From Candidatus Saccharimonadota bacterium (lineage in GTDB: Bacteria; Bacillota_I; Bacilli_A; Mycoplasmatales; Hepatoplasmataceae), in the NCBI GenBank assembly GCA_027925325.1, contig AP027133.1:1-32000 (forward strand): a stretch of DNA of 32,000 nt. Reading direction: 5' to 3'. The notes beneath the pieces are model-generated. The model was not told where the DNA came from. It was given only the letters and a program-made list of their open reading frames with translations, and did no database searches. Made by a program: the position numbers and the translations under genes. Shown here in pieces: positions 7,467-19,100 of this stretch. How positions within the stretch are numbered: position 1 is the first letter of the stretch; each line of letters begins with the position of its first letter.

Positions 7467-9992
7467 ATGTTTAAAACATTAAATTTCAATAAGTTTATTG
7501 AGTATTTAAATTCTAATAGCATGGGATATGATATTGAAAATGATTCCAAAAATACTTTAATTGAAAGTATTAATAGAATTGAAGAATATGTATTACAATC
7601 GGAGGAGGATTTTTTAAAAAATGAAGGAAATATTGCAAGAGCATTAAGAATTTTTTTAGAGACTTTTTTAGATGATTTTATTTGCGAAAAAATTAAATTG
7701 TATCCACTATTTAATAAATTTGATTATAAATCATATTACAACTTGAAAAGTAGTAACGAAAAAATTTCATATTTAGACCGAGATTGAAATGTTATTAATA
7801 AAGATATAGCAGATGCTTTGCATTTTATAAAAAACATTGCAAATAATTCATTGCATAATAGTAATAATATGTTTGAAATTAATAAGTCAAAAATTGTTAC
7901 ATGTTTAGATTATATTTATAATATTTTATATTGATTCTATGATTTAAATAGTAAAAAAGATTTTGTTTCTGATCGATATTATAAGCCAAATGAAAAAGAA
8001 CCTAAAGCTGATATTAAAATAAAACAGATATTTTCACATGAACCTTATAAAACAATCATAATAAATGACGATAAGATTTTAAATGTTTTATTTGATGAAA
8101 AAAAGAAATTTTTCATCCCAATTTATCAAAGAAATTTTGCTTGAACAAAAAATGAAATTGATGAATTGTTTTTAGATCTAGAGAAAAGAATTAGTGATCA
8201 AAAAAATCATTTTTTTGGCTTAGTTACAATAAGTAATACTAATAATTTTAAAAAAATAAACGGCAAAAAAATTCATTTTTTAAAAATAGTAGATGGTCAA
8301 CAAAGATTTACAACGATTGCTTTATTTGTAAAGGCTTTATATAACAATTATTTAAAGGTTTTAAAAAATGATGAAACTAAAATTGATAGTAAATTATATA
8401 GATTCATTAATAATAAAAATTTACCAATTGATCGATTTGATGATGATTTATCAATAAAGGCTTTTGATTTAATTTGAAAAAGTACAAAATTTTTTAAAGC
8501 AGATCAAAAAGATTTACAGGGAAATAATTTATTTGAAATTTATAAATATTTATTAAAAAAAATTTCTGAATATAAAAAACCAAAGGATGAAAGTGAAACG
8601 ATAATTGGCAATTTAGATAAATTATATTGGGGTTTAAAAAAATTAGTAATAGGAATAAATTGAACTAAAGATTATGATGAATTTGAACTCTTTGAATCAA
8701 TAAATTCAAAAGGAGTTCCTTTAACAAATTTTAATATTTTTAAAAATTATATTATTTCTCTTGTTTCGGAAAATGATGAAGAAAATGAAAATAATGATGA
8801 ATTTGCCGAAAATGGAATTATTTTTAATAATCGAACAAGAGAAATTTCGGGGATTTTTGATGAATTTATTATAAATAAAATAAATTTATGATTAAAAAAT
8901 AATAGAGATCGTGATTTTGAAAAAATAACTAATAGTTTTTTTAATTCTTATATTAATTTTTATGGTAAAAGTAAACCGAATGAAAAAAGATTATTTTCTC
9001 AATTTAAAGAAATATTTGCAAAAAAATTAAAGCAAAAATATCAAAAATTAGATAATTTTTCATTAAATGAATTTAGAGAAATATTAAAAAATTTATCAAT
9101 TTTTCTTAATACATATTTATTTTTAAATGTTGGTAGTTACCACATATGAAATAGAAGTGCAGAATTATCATCTTTTTATAAATATTTCTATACTTTGGCA
9201 GATACTTCTTTTGCAAATATTTTAATTCCATATCTAATTGATGAAGAAAATGTCATATTTTCTGATGTAGGTTCGATATTAAGACTTAAAAATCCTTCTG
9301 AATTTAAAGAAATTCTTAAATTTTTAGAAAATTGAAGAATAAGATTAGGAATTGTGAATTCTAAGCTAAATTATGGAGTAAAAATTTTACCTTTTATTAA
9401 AAAATTTTACGAAATATTATTGAAAAATAAAAATGAGAATAATTTGCTAAATGATAGCTTTTTAAATTTATTAAAAAAAGCAATTGATGAAGATGAAGAT
9501 ACACTAATTAAATTTCCTGAAGATCAAAAATTTTATCAAACTTTACGAAATGATCCTATTTATAATATACAAATTTTAAAAGATGTAATTTTTAAAATTG
9601 CACAAATTGAAGATGATATTTTTGATGGAGCAAATTTTAATAAATATGATATCTATCCAATTATTGAAAAAGATAGCAAAAAAAGAAGTAATGAATGAAA
9701 TATATATCTTCAAGAATTTAAAAATCTAGAAGAAGATTCTTATTTTAGTCTTGGTAACTATTTTTTGCATAAAACTAGTAAAGAGATTAAAAAAAATGAA
9801 AAAGATAATTTTGAAAAATTAATTTCAAATATAAAATTTGATAATATAACGTTAAACAAAAATAATAATTATGAAATTTCATCGATACAAGAATTAGATA
9901 AATATCGTGGAAAAGATATAAATGATTATTTTTCTAAAAGAGCAAATTATTTAGCAGATAAGGCAAAAAAAATTTTCATTCAGCAAAATTAA
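7467..9992 (+). CDS. DUF262-domain protein with DUF4145-like N-terminus and DUF1524-like C-terminus (GmrSD-family, candidate type IV restriction/defence enzyme)
   Basis: AGGAGG at 7455..7460 then ATG 7467. Four track pieces (7467, 8166, 9354, 9765) plus the gaps form one frame with nine TGA-Trp codons (7785, 7932, 8142, 8475, 8661, 8889, 9147, 9333, 9696) and no TAA/TAG. DUF262 signatures: FFIPIYQRNFAW, KIVDGQQRFTTIAL and ELFESINSKGVPLTNFNIFKNY. The N-terminus has ALRIFLETFL...ALHFIKNIANNSLHN (DUF4145-like). The C-terminus has SLGNYFLHK...NEKDNFEK (DUF1524-like). Confidence 0.85.
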
Positions 9993-10087
9993 AAATTATT
10001 TTTTAATTATTGATTTTTATTTATTTCATATATTTTTATTAATATTTTAAATATATTATAATTTTTAAAATATTTGAGGTGATTTAA

Positions 10088-10885
10088 TTACTGAAAGCTA
10101 AAAAAAATCTTGGGCAAAATTTTTTGGTAGATAAAAATAAATTAAATGAAATTTATTATTCTCTTCCCAATTTAAGTGATCACTTAGTAATTGAAATTGG
10201 TCCAGGAACAGGAAATTTAACGAAAAAATTAATTATTAATGCAAAAAAATTAATTGCAATCGAAATAGATCAAGATATGATTAATTTATTGCAAAATGAT
10301 AAATCTTTAAAGAATTTAAATTTAATTCATGCTGATGTCTTAAAAATAAATTTAGATCAATTTATTTTAAATCAAAAAGATATATATTTAATTGCAAATT
10401 TACCCTATTATATTGCAACAAAAATTATTTTTAAATTTCTTAAATATAATAATATTACTGTTTTTGCTGTAATGTTACAAGAAGAATTGGTTGATCGAAT
10501 TTTTGCAAATATTAAAACAAAAAAATATGGAAGATTAACAGTTGCGATCGGAAGTTTATTTTCATTAGAAAAAAGAATTAATGTTCCTAGAGAATGTTTT
10601 AATCCAATTCCCAATGTTGATTCCGGATTTATAATTTTACATAGGAAAAAAATAGATTTTAATTACGATAATTATCTTCTATTTATAAAAAATTGCTTTG
10701 CAACAAAAAGAAAAACTTTGTTAAATTCTTTAAAAATAACTAAAAATCCTTATTTTGAATTTGTTAAACTATATTTAATAAAAAACAATTTAAAAATAAA
10801 TATAAGAGCAGAGCAATTATCGATTGATATTTACTTAAAAATTTGGAAAGAAATTGAAAAAAATGCAAAACACAAACATAAATAG
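10088..10885 (+). CDS. rsmA: 16S rRNA (adenine1518/1519-N6) dimethyltransferase RsmA/KsgA; start codon uncertain (TTA 10088 or CTG 10091)
   Basis: GAGGTGA at 10076..10082. The frame opens right after TAA 10085..10087 and reads L-L-KAKKNLGQNFLVDKN...IEIGPGTGNLT...ANLPYYI. The track's TTG start at 10124 would remove the conserved K-x-LGQNF. Confidence 0.88.
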   Translation, partial: LLKAKKNLGQNFLVDKNKLNEIYYSLPNLSDHLVIEIGPGTGNLTKKLIINAKKLIAIEIDQDMINLLQNDKSLKNLNLIHADVLKINLDQFILNQKDIYLIANLPYYIATKIIFKFLKYNNITVFAVMLQEELVDRIFANIKTKKYGRLTVAIGSLFSLEKRINVPRECFNPIPNVDSGFIILHRKKIDFNYDNYLLFIKNCFATKRKTLLNSLKITKNPYFEFVKLYLIKNNLKINIRAEQLSIDIYLKIWKEIEKNAKHKHK

Positions 10886-11849
10886 TTCGATAATTTTTGG
10901 TTTATCCACATCAAAAAAAATTGCAGAAGAAGTTGCGAAAAAAACAAAAATTAAATTAGGAGATTCTGAAATAAAGCATTTCAAGGATGGAGAAATTTAT
11001 TTCAAAATAGAGACATCTGTTCGTAATAAAAATACATTTATTATCCAATCTACCTCAAATCCTGTAAATGAAAATTTAATGGAACTATTAATTTTTATCG
11101 ATACATTAAAAAGATCATCAGCAAAGGAAATAAATTTGATTATTCCTTATTATGGTTATGCAAGACAGGATCGTAAAAATAATGGAAGACAACCGATTAC
11201 AGCAGCACTTGTTGCAAGATTATTACAAGAGGCTGGTGCTGATAGAGTAATTTCATTTGATCTTCATTCTTCGCAAATTCAAGGTTTTTTTAAGATTCCA
11301 GTTGATGATTTAAGAACACACGGATTATTAGCAAGAGAAATAAAAAAAGAAAATATCAAAAATTTAATAATTGTTTCTCCTGATCATGGTGGGATTGGTA
11401 GAGCAAGAAGTCTTGCTAAAATTCTTAATACAGAAATTGCAATAATTGATAAAAGAAGAGTAAAAGCAAATGAAGCAATTGTAACTAATTTGATAGGAAA
11501 TGTAAAAAATAAGAATTGTGTAATTATTGACGATATTATTGATACAGGCGGAACAATAATTGAGGGAATTAAAATTCTTAAAAAAAACGGAGCAAAAAAT
11601 ATTTATATCGCTGCAACTCATAGTTTATTTTCAACTGATAAAAATGAGGATCGTGATTTTGTTTGAAAAAAGATAAGAGAAATAGGGGCTAAAATGATCA
11701 TAACAACAAATTCTGTAATGAATTATTCTAAAAATGATTTTGTTAAAATTGTAGATCTTGCAATTCCAATCTCTGAAGTTATTTTAAAGCACATTAATGA
11801 TCAATCAATAATTGATCATTTTATTGAAAAATATAATACTAATATTTAA
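10863..11849 (+). CDS. prs: Ribose-phosphate pyrophosphokinase
   Basis: ATG 10863 (the track uses TTG 10854). Motifs YYGYARQDRK, VSPDHGG and IIDDIIDTGGT. The frame continues through TGA 11664 to TAA 11847..11849. Confidence 0.93.
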
Positions 11850-11858
11850 AGCAAAAAT

Positions 11859-12431
11859 ATGAAATTAATTGTTGGATTGGGAAATCCTGGAAAAGAATAT
11901 ATTAATACAAGACATAATTTAGGATATATAATTGTTGATCAATTTTTAAAAAAACATAATTTAAATTTAAATAAATCTAAATTTTCAGGAAAATTTATCA
12001 TTGCTTCTTTTTCAGATAATTTTAAATTTATTATCGCAAAACCAGAAACTTATATGAATTCGTCAGGTGAATTTATTAGAAAAATTTCTGATTATTATAA
12101 GATTGAACCAAAAGAAATTTTAGTTATATCTGATGATAAAGATCAAAAAATAGGTGATTTTAAATTAAAAAATAATGGATCAAGCGGTGGACATAATGGT
12201 TTAAAAAACATTATTTTAAATTTATCCTCTTCTGATTTTAATCGATTAAAAATTGGAATAGGTCCTTTTGAAAAAAGCTATAATCTTGTAAAATATGTTT
12301 TATCTTCTTTTTCTAATCAAGAAAAAAAAATTTTAGAAGAGAAATTTGTTTTATATTTAAAGATAATTGAAGATTATTTAAAATTTGATTTTAAGGAATT
12401 ACAACAAAAATATAATGGCAAAAATTTTTAA
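11859..12431 (+). CDS. pth: Peptidyl-tRNA hydrolase
   Basis: MKLIVGLGNPG...TRHN.G...ETYMNSSG...GGHNGLKNI. Intact 190-aa ORF. Confidence 0.93.
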   Translation: MKLIVGLGNPGKEYINTRHNLGYIIVDQFLKKHNLNLNKSKFSGKFIIASFSDNFKFIIAKPETYMNSSGEFIRKISDYYKIEPKEILVISDDKDQKIGDFKLKNNGSSGGHNGLKNIILNLSSSDFNRLKIGIGPFEKSYNLVKYVLSSFSNQEKKILEEKFVLYLKIIEDYLKFDFKELQQKYNGKNF

Positions 12432-13347
12432 AAATAATTATTTAATTGTCGCTGTTTCAGGAGGACCTGATTCAGTTTTTTTACTTACAAAATTGATGAA
12501 AAAATCAAATAAAATTGTCGTTGCTCATGTCAATTATCACTTTCGAATTGAATCAAATCAAGAACAAAAATTTGTTAGTGATTTTTGCAAAAAAAATAAT
12601 TTAAAATTTGAATTACTTTCAGTTGATGAAAAAATGAAGGAAAGTTATCTAAAGTTTAATAAAAATGAAGAAGCCTATGCAAGATTGATAAGATATGATT
12701 TTTTTAAAAATATTGCAAAAAAATATCACACAAATTATTTATTTTTAGGACATCATAAAGATGACTTTTTAGAAACAGCAATTATGCAAGAAAGTAGATC
12801 TTATAATTATTTATTTTACGGAATTTTTAAAAAAAGCAATTATCAAAATTTAATTTTAATAAGACCTTTTGTGGATAAATATTGAAAAGAACAAATTATT
12901 GAAAAATTAAATAAAAAAAATATTAATTACAAAATTGATCAATCAAATTTTAGTAAAAAATATTTAAGAAATAGAATTAGAAAAGAATTATTTTTATTAA
13001 GTATTAAAGAAAAAGAGAAAATGTTTAGATATTATTTTAATTTAAATCGAGCAAATGAAAGAAAAAGAAAGAAAATTGAAAAAATTTTTACCAATTGAAA
13101 GAAATTAGATTTTGATGTTAATTTTTTTATTAAACAAAAAAAGGAAAATAAAGATAATTTAATTTATAAATACCTTTCTTCTGAGTTTATTGATAGAAAT
13201 ATTTCTATCAATAAAAATAAAATAATTTCAATAATTTCATTTTTAGATAACAAAAGAGGCGATAAAAATTATAGAATAAAAGATAACATTTTTCTTAAAA
13301 TTGAAAAACAAAAATTAATAATTATTATTAATAATTTTGATAATTAA
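12415..13347 (+). CDS. tilS: tRNA(Ile)-lysidine synthase
   Basis: ATG 12415 (MAKIFKNNYLIVAVSGGPDSVFL, PP-loop SGGxDS). GHHKDD motif. The frame passes TGA 12883 and 13096 and ends at TAA 13345..13347. It overlaps the pth end by 17 nt. Confidence 0.88.
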
Positions 13348-13395
13348 TCTTCAATTTAATATAATTTATTTTTTATAAGCCAATTAAGTGTTGAT

Positions 13396-13944
13396 ATGGG
13401 AACAGAAAATAATTATTTGAAAAAAAAAATTAAGACCGAGCAAGAGATCGATTCAGCAATTTTAAAAATTGCAAATATTTTAAATCAAAAATACAAAAAT
13501 AAAACAGTTGTTTTTCTTATTATTATGAAAGGTGGAATTTACTTAGGTTTAGATTTAGCAAGAAAATGTAAATTTGATGTGATATTTGATTTTGTTTTTG
13601 CTAATTCTTATTATTTAAATAAAAAATTAAACAAGCCAAAAATTAATTATAAGAAAACAATTGAATTAGCAAAAAAAGACATTATTATTATTGATGATTT
13701 AATTGATAGTGGTGATACAACAACTAAAATTGTTGAAAAAATTTCTAAACAAGAAGTAAATTCGATTGCAATAGTTGCGCTATATAGTAAAAAAGATTAC
13801 ACTTTTTTACCTTCAATTAAAAAATATTTATGTTTTTCAGAAAAACCACCAGGATTTCTTTTGGGATATGGTTTAGATTATGATGAGAAATACAGAAATT
13901 TAAATTATCTTGGTATAATTAAATCTAATGATACAAAGGAATAA
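13396..13944 (+). CDS. hpt: Hypoxanthine-guanine phosphoribosyltransferase
   Basis: 182-aa ORF with PRPP-binding loop IIIIDDLIDSGDTT and GYGLDYDEKYRNL. The tilS-hpt-ftsH order matches Bacillus. Confidence 0.9.
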   Translation: MGTENNYLKKKIKTEQEIDSAILKIANILNQKYKNKTVVFLIIMKGGIYLGLDLARKCKFDVIFDFVFANSYYLNKKLNKPKINYKKTIELAKKDIIIIDDLIDSGDTTTKIVEKISKQEVNSIAIVALYSKKDYTFLPSIKKYLCFSEKPPGFLLGYGLDYDEKYRNLNYLGIIKSNDTKE

Positions 13945-13945
13945 A

Positions 13946-16099
13946 ATGCTTACAGAAGATTTAAGTATGAATAGTAATGATTTATTATCTTTAAGAGGTG
14001 AGGATCCAAACTCAAAAAATGATACAAAATCTAATCCTGAAGATAATAAAGAAAAAAATTCTAATTCAAAAAGTGAGCCAAATCCGAAACCAAATACTGA
14101 TGAAAAAAATCAGCAAAATCCGGATTTAAATAAAAAATCAGACCCTGTTCCGCCAACAAATAAAAAAACAGTTGGTCCTGTTACTCCTAAGAAAAAAAGA
14201 TCATCATTATCAACAATTTTATGATTATTGTTCTTTTTCTTCTTAATTTTAATTTTATTTGCACTAATTTTTAATGTAAATTATACCTACATGACACCTG
14301 AAGATTTAGCCAATATAATTAATGGTTTACCTGCAGGAACATCAATTGATATTAATGGAATTGTTTTACAAGATTCCAGCCAACTTGTTCAAGTCACAGT
14401 TGTAATTGATGGTGTTAATGGATATGAATATTATTATACATATCTCTCTAATGTTGATGATTGGAATACTTGAATAGGCGGATTACAACTTACTCTTTTA
14501 GACGCCGATTATTCAATCGGAGTTCAAACAACATCGGTATTTTGAAGTTTAGTTGGATTCTTTATTCCGATAATTATAATTGTTGCGATTACTGTTTGAA
14601 TATTTAGAAAGATTGTGCAAAGTCAATCAAATATCGGAAAGGCTTCAAAAAAGACATTAATTCCACAGATTTCAAATGTAAGATTTGCTGATGTGCAAGG
14701 ATATCAAGAAATTAAACAAGAATTAAGTGAAATTGTTGACTTTTTAAAACAACCAGAAAAATATTCTAAATTTGGCGCAAGAACACCAAAAGGTGTAATG
14801 CTTTCTGGTCCTCCTGGAACAGGAAAAACATTATTTGCAAAAGCAATTGCTGGAGAAGCAACAATTCCTTTTTATTCAATTTCTGGTTCAGATTTTGTTG
14901 AAATGTTTGTTGGAGTCGGAGCTTCAAGAGTTAGATCACTTTTTGAGCAAGCCAAAAAAACTTCTCCTTCTCTTATCTTTATTGATGAATTAGATGCGGT
15001 AGGTCGAAGACGAGGAGCTGGCCCAGGCGGAAATGATGAACGTGAACAAACATTAAATCAATTACTTGTTGAAATGGATGGATTTTCACCAAATTCAGGA
15101 ATTATCGTAATTGCTGCAACTAATCGTGCTGATGTTTTAGATCCAGCGCTTAAACGTCCAGGAAGATTTGATCGATTAATTGATATTCGTTTACCTGATG
15201 TAAAAGAAAGAGAAGCAATTTTAAGATTGCATGCTTCAAAGGGAAATAAAAAATTTGCAAAAGATGTTGATTGAATAAATATTTCAATGCGTACGCCAGG
15301 ATTTTCAGGAGCAGAACTTGAAAATGTGATAAATGAAGCGGCAATTTTAGCTGTAAGAGAAAAATTAACAGAAATTTCACTTGATACAATTGATGAAGCT
15401 ATTGATCGTGTTATCGGTGGTCCTGCAAAAGTTAATAATGCGATGTCACAAGAAGAAAAAATTCTTATTGCTCACCATGAAGCCGGACATGCTCTGATTG
15501 GTCTTATTTTAAAAGATGCAGAAAGAGTACAGAAAATTTCAATTGTTCCACGTGGATCTGCTGGTGGTTATGTTTTAATGACACCAAAAAAAGAGAAGAT
15601 TATTCAAACAAAAGCAGAATTAAATGCTAAAATCGTATCCTATCTTGGAGGTCGTGTTTCAGAAGAAATATTCTTTGGTAAAGATGAAATCACAACCGGA
15701 GCTTATTCTGATATTCAAGAAGCGACAAAAATTGCCCGTAAAATGATTATGGAATTTGGAATGTCTGAAAATCTTGGTGCAATTCAATGAGATGCAAAAG
15801 AAATGAATGCTTATGGAATGTATGAAAAAACATCTATAAGCGGGAAAATATCTGAATTAATTGATAAAGAAATTCAAGAATTAATAGATAAGTCTTACAA
15901 AAAAGCATTTGAAATTATTTCACAAAATAAAGAAATGATTAAACTTTTTGCAAAAGCTTTGATGATCAAAGAAATTTTAAATACAGAAGATATTAATTAT
16001 ATTTATAAAAATAAGAAATTAACAGATGATATGTTAGATCTTGAAAAAAAAGAAAATATTAATACAAAAAAAACAACAGATAAAACTAATAAAAAATAA
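13946..16099 (+). CDS. ftsH: ATP-dependent zinc metalloprotease FtsH
   Basis: Five same-frame track pieces (13928, 14228, 14615, 15287, 15803). ATG 13946 follows AAAGGA (an alternative ATG is at 13928). Walker A GPPGTGKT, Walker [31 protein letters not shown] and zinc motif HEAGHAL. Two TM segments flank an extracytoplasmic loop. Confidence 0.96.
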
Positions 16100-16139
16100 T
16101 TTAATTATTATAGTAAGAGGAATAAAAAGATAAAATATT

Positions 16140-19100
16140 GTGGAATATTTACTTTTAATCATAAAAATATTAATCTATATTTTTTCAATAATTGGGGTAT
16201 TAATTTTACTTTACTTTATTTTAAATTTTTGAAAAACAAAACAGGTTAATAAATCTGTTTCAAAAGATGTTTTTAAAGGTAAACTATCGATTTTTATTCT
16301 TTTATTATTTTATTTTTTTTCATTTGGCTTGATCGGCGGACTTACTACTTATAATGACAAAGAAGAAAACGCTGCTAATAAATTAGTAGTAACAGAAAGA
16401 AATATTGGTCATGGTTATTTAATTCCCGGTAATGTATCTTTACAAGATTATGATGAATATAGTGGTTCTTCAAGTGAAGGAATTCAAAATAGAAATTGAA
16501 AATATTTATATGAAGATTTTTTTGATACAGATTATGATGGCGATAATTTTTATGAAAATTTTATTTTACCTTTAATAAATAATGAACAAAATTATCAGTA
16601 TTTATTTGATAACTTTACATTTGAAGAATATACAAAAACTTATTATTATTATTGGTATCAATATTATTTAAATGATTCTTTTCCTATAGATGATTTTGAT
16701 ACATTAAAAATAGAAGCTGACCAATTTTGAGAAGAATCTGATGATGGTTCTAGTTTTTTTGGTGATATCCAAAACATTATTGGAATAAATCTTTTTTATA
16801 AAAATATCATTAGTGCTTCTAATCAGCAAAATCCTGATAGCATTTATAATCTTTATGGACAGGTTGATTATGATATTCAATTACAATATGTTTATTCATC
16901 TCCTTTTACTGATGACGAGATAGCAGGAAGTTCTCCTTCCTATTTATTTTTAGGTTTCAATAGGATTGAAGATAGCTTTTTACGTTCAGAAACAGGAGAA
17001 TATTCAAGTAAGATAGATGTTCCAATTATTAATCAAAATTTTACTAATCTTTCTGATCAACAATTACTAAATGATGTTTTTGGAGCAGATTATGATAATA
17101 GTAATGAATCTATTTATGGGAATGGAACAAATCAAAATCCTTATAAAGTTTTAATGATTGATAGTTATTATCAAGCAAATAAAGATTTTTTTGAAGATAA
17201 TAATAATCTTTTTACAGTTGGTCCATATTACTTTGAAGTGGTTGCAACAGGTTGATTTCCTAATGTCTCTTATCCTGTTCATAATATAAATAATATCTTG
17301 ACCGATGTAGATAATGAGCAGACGATGATGTTAAATAATTATGCATTAGCAGATATCGCAGCAGGAAAACAAGATTTTGTTATTTATTATGGATTTGAAG
17401 ATATATATCAAAAAACAGACTCTTATGAGGATATTATATTAGGCCCAATTTCTGATGATATTGAAGATCAAGCTTATTATATTACTGATTATGCAGAAGG
17501 AAATTATCGAGGTAATTCTTTCGGAAATAACACATATTATGATTATTCATATAATAATGAAATAAATAATGATACAGGTAATGATATTGTTGCGGCAAGA
17601 GCGGATGCTTTTTTATTGGAAGTAAAAGCTGATCAATCATTTACAGCTGTTTTTAGATTTATTTTTCTTATAGTTGTTATTATCATTTTAATTTTATTAA
17701 TTCAAAAAAGAATCAATGATAATAGTAAAAATCTTGGAACCTTAAAGGCTTTAGGAATGAGTAATCTTAAAATTTCTTCTTCTTATATTCTTTATCCGAT
17801 TATTATTACAACTATCGGCGCTTTTATTGCTCTTCTTTTAGCAATTCCTGTTGGAATGTATTTTGTCAATATTATTACATCTTATTTTGCTATTCCTATT
17901 TCAACATCGGCGACAATTAGTTTAAATTCGTTTTTAATTGTATATATATCGCCGTTACTTATTACCTGTGGAATCTCACTTTTAATTTCATATTATGTTT
18001 TGAGAAAACCAACTCTTAATTTATTACAAGGAGCACAGAAAAATAAACCAGGTTTAATTACGATTTATTTGGGAAAATTAATTCCAAGTTCTTTTTCTTT
18101 TTCAAAAAGTTACAAAATAAAAAGTCTCTTTAGATCAACCGGTAAATCTGTTATTTTATTCTTTTCAATGATTTTTTCAACTTTTCTAATTGCATTATCT
18201 TTTTCAGGATCAACAATGGTTTCAAATGTCATCGATGAAGTAGGAGATGAGATAAATTATCAATCGCTTTCAATTTTAAATTCAGATTTAAAATATTTGC
18301 CTTCTTATTATCAAGATGATTCTGAAGATTGATATCAAAATATCAATGATAATTCATTAGATCTAAATTTTCAATATTCAGCAATTTATTGAGATTTCTC
18401 TGAAATAAATGCATCGACAACCGAAGATAAATATCAACAAATGGGAGATATAATTTTGAATGCTGATTATATATATAGTTATGATCAAATAAATAATCAA
18501 TATGATATTTCTTATCTTTCTGCTGAATCATTATTAAATTATTTTAAATTTTTACAAAATAATCCTGATTTAATTTCCTATTCTGATCAAAATTTTACTG
18601 GAACAAATGTAAGTAATTCTGATCTATTGGTAATTTCTTTTTACTTTTGACAATATTCTTATTTAAATTATCTTAGTGATGCAAATAATTCTAAAATCTC
18701 AGTTAATCAATTTATTAGTGAAACTCTTTCCATTTATGATCCAAATTTAGGACTTGATTCTTTTTCTGAAAATTATCAAGATAATTATATAGACATAAGT
18801 TTTGGTAATTATTTCTATAATTCTGATCAGCAAGCATTATTATTTTCTGATAATATAAAATTTGAAACAGAAGATGAAAATGATACTTATAGACTTTTAT
18901 CATTAAATGATATCAATCAAATTAATGATAATATGTTCAAAAATATTCCAGAATTAGATAAAGCCATTACTGATTTTAATAATTATCCTCAAGATGAAGT
19001 TGATGCAAATGGCAATTATTATTTACCGATAATTACATCAGATTATTATTATAATAAAATTAAAAATGTCGCTCAATATCAAGGGGTAGATCAATACGGA

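Noticed and set aside
9987-10008. Hairpin AATTAAAAA-ttat-TTTTTAATT overlapping the DUF262 gene stop, a possible terminator.
   Set aside because: The stem is entirely A-T and thermodynamically marginal, so I cannot support a terminator call.
7419-10068. Shared 11-mer TATTATAATTT on both sides of the DUF262 gene (about 7420 and about 10056), a possible target-site duplication of an insertion.
   Set aside because: Both copies are simply TATAAT -10-like promoter elements in AT-rich spacers. The match is too short and too low in complexity to support a mobile-element boundary. No integrase, transposase or inverted terminal repeats are present.
13420-13429. A10 tract near the 5' end of hpt (also A9 in pth at about 12321), possible phase-variation sites.
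   Set aside because: Poly-A runs of this length are expected a few times by chance at this A content, and they encode ordinary Lys runs. Unlike the G9 tract, they are not compositional outliers.
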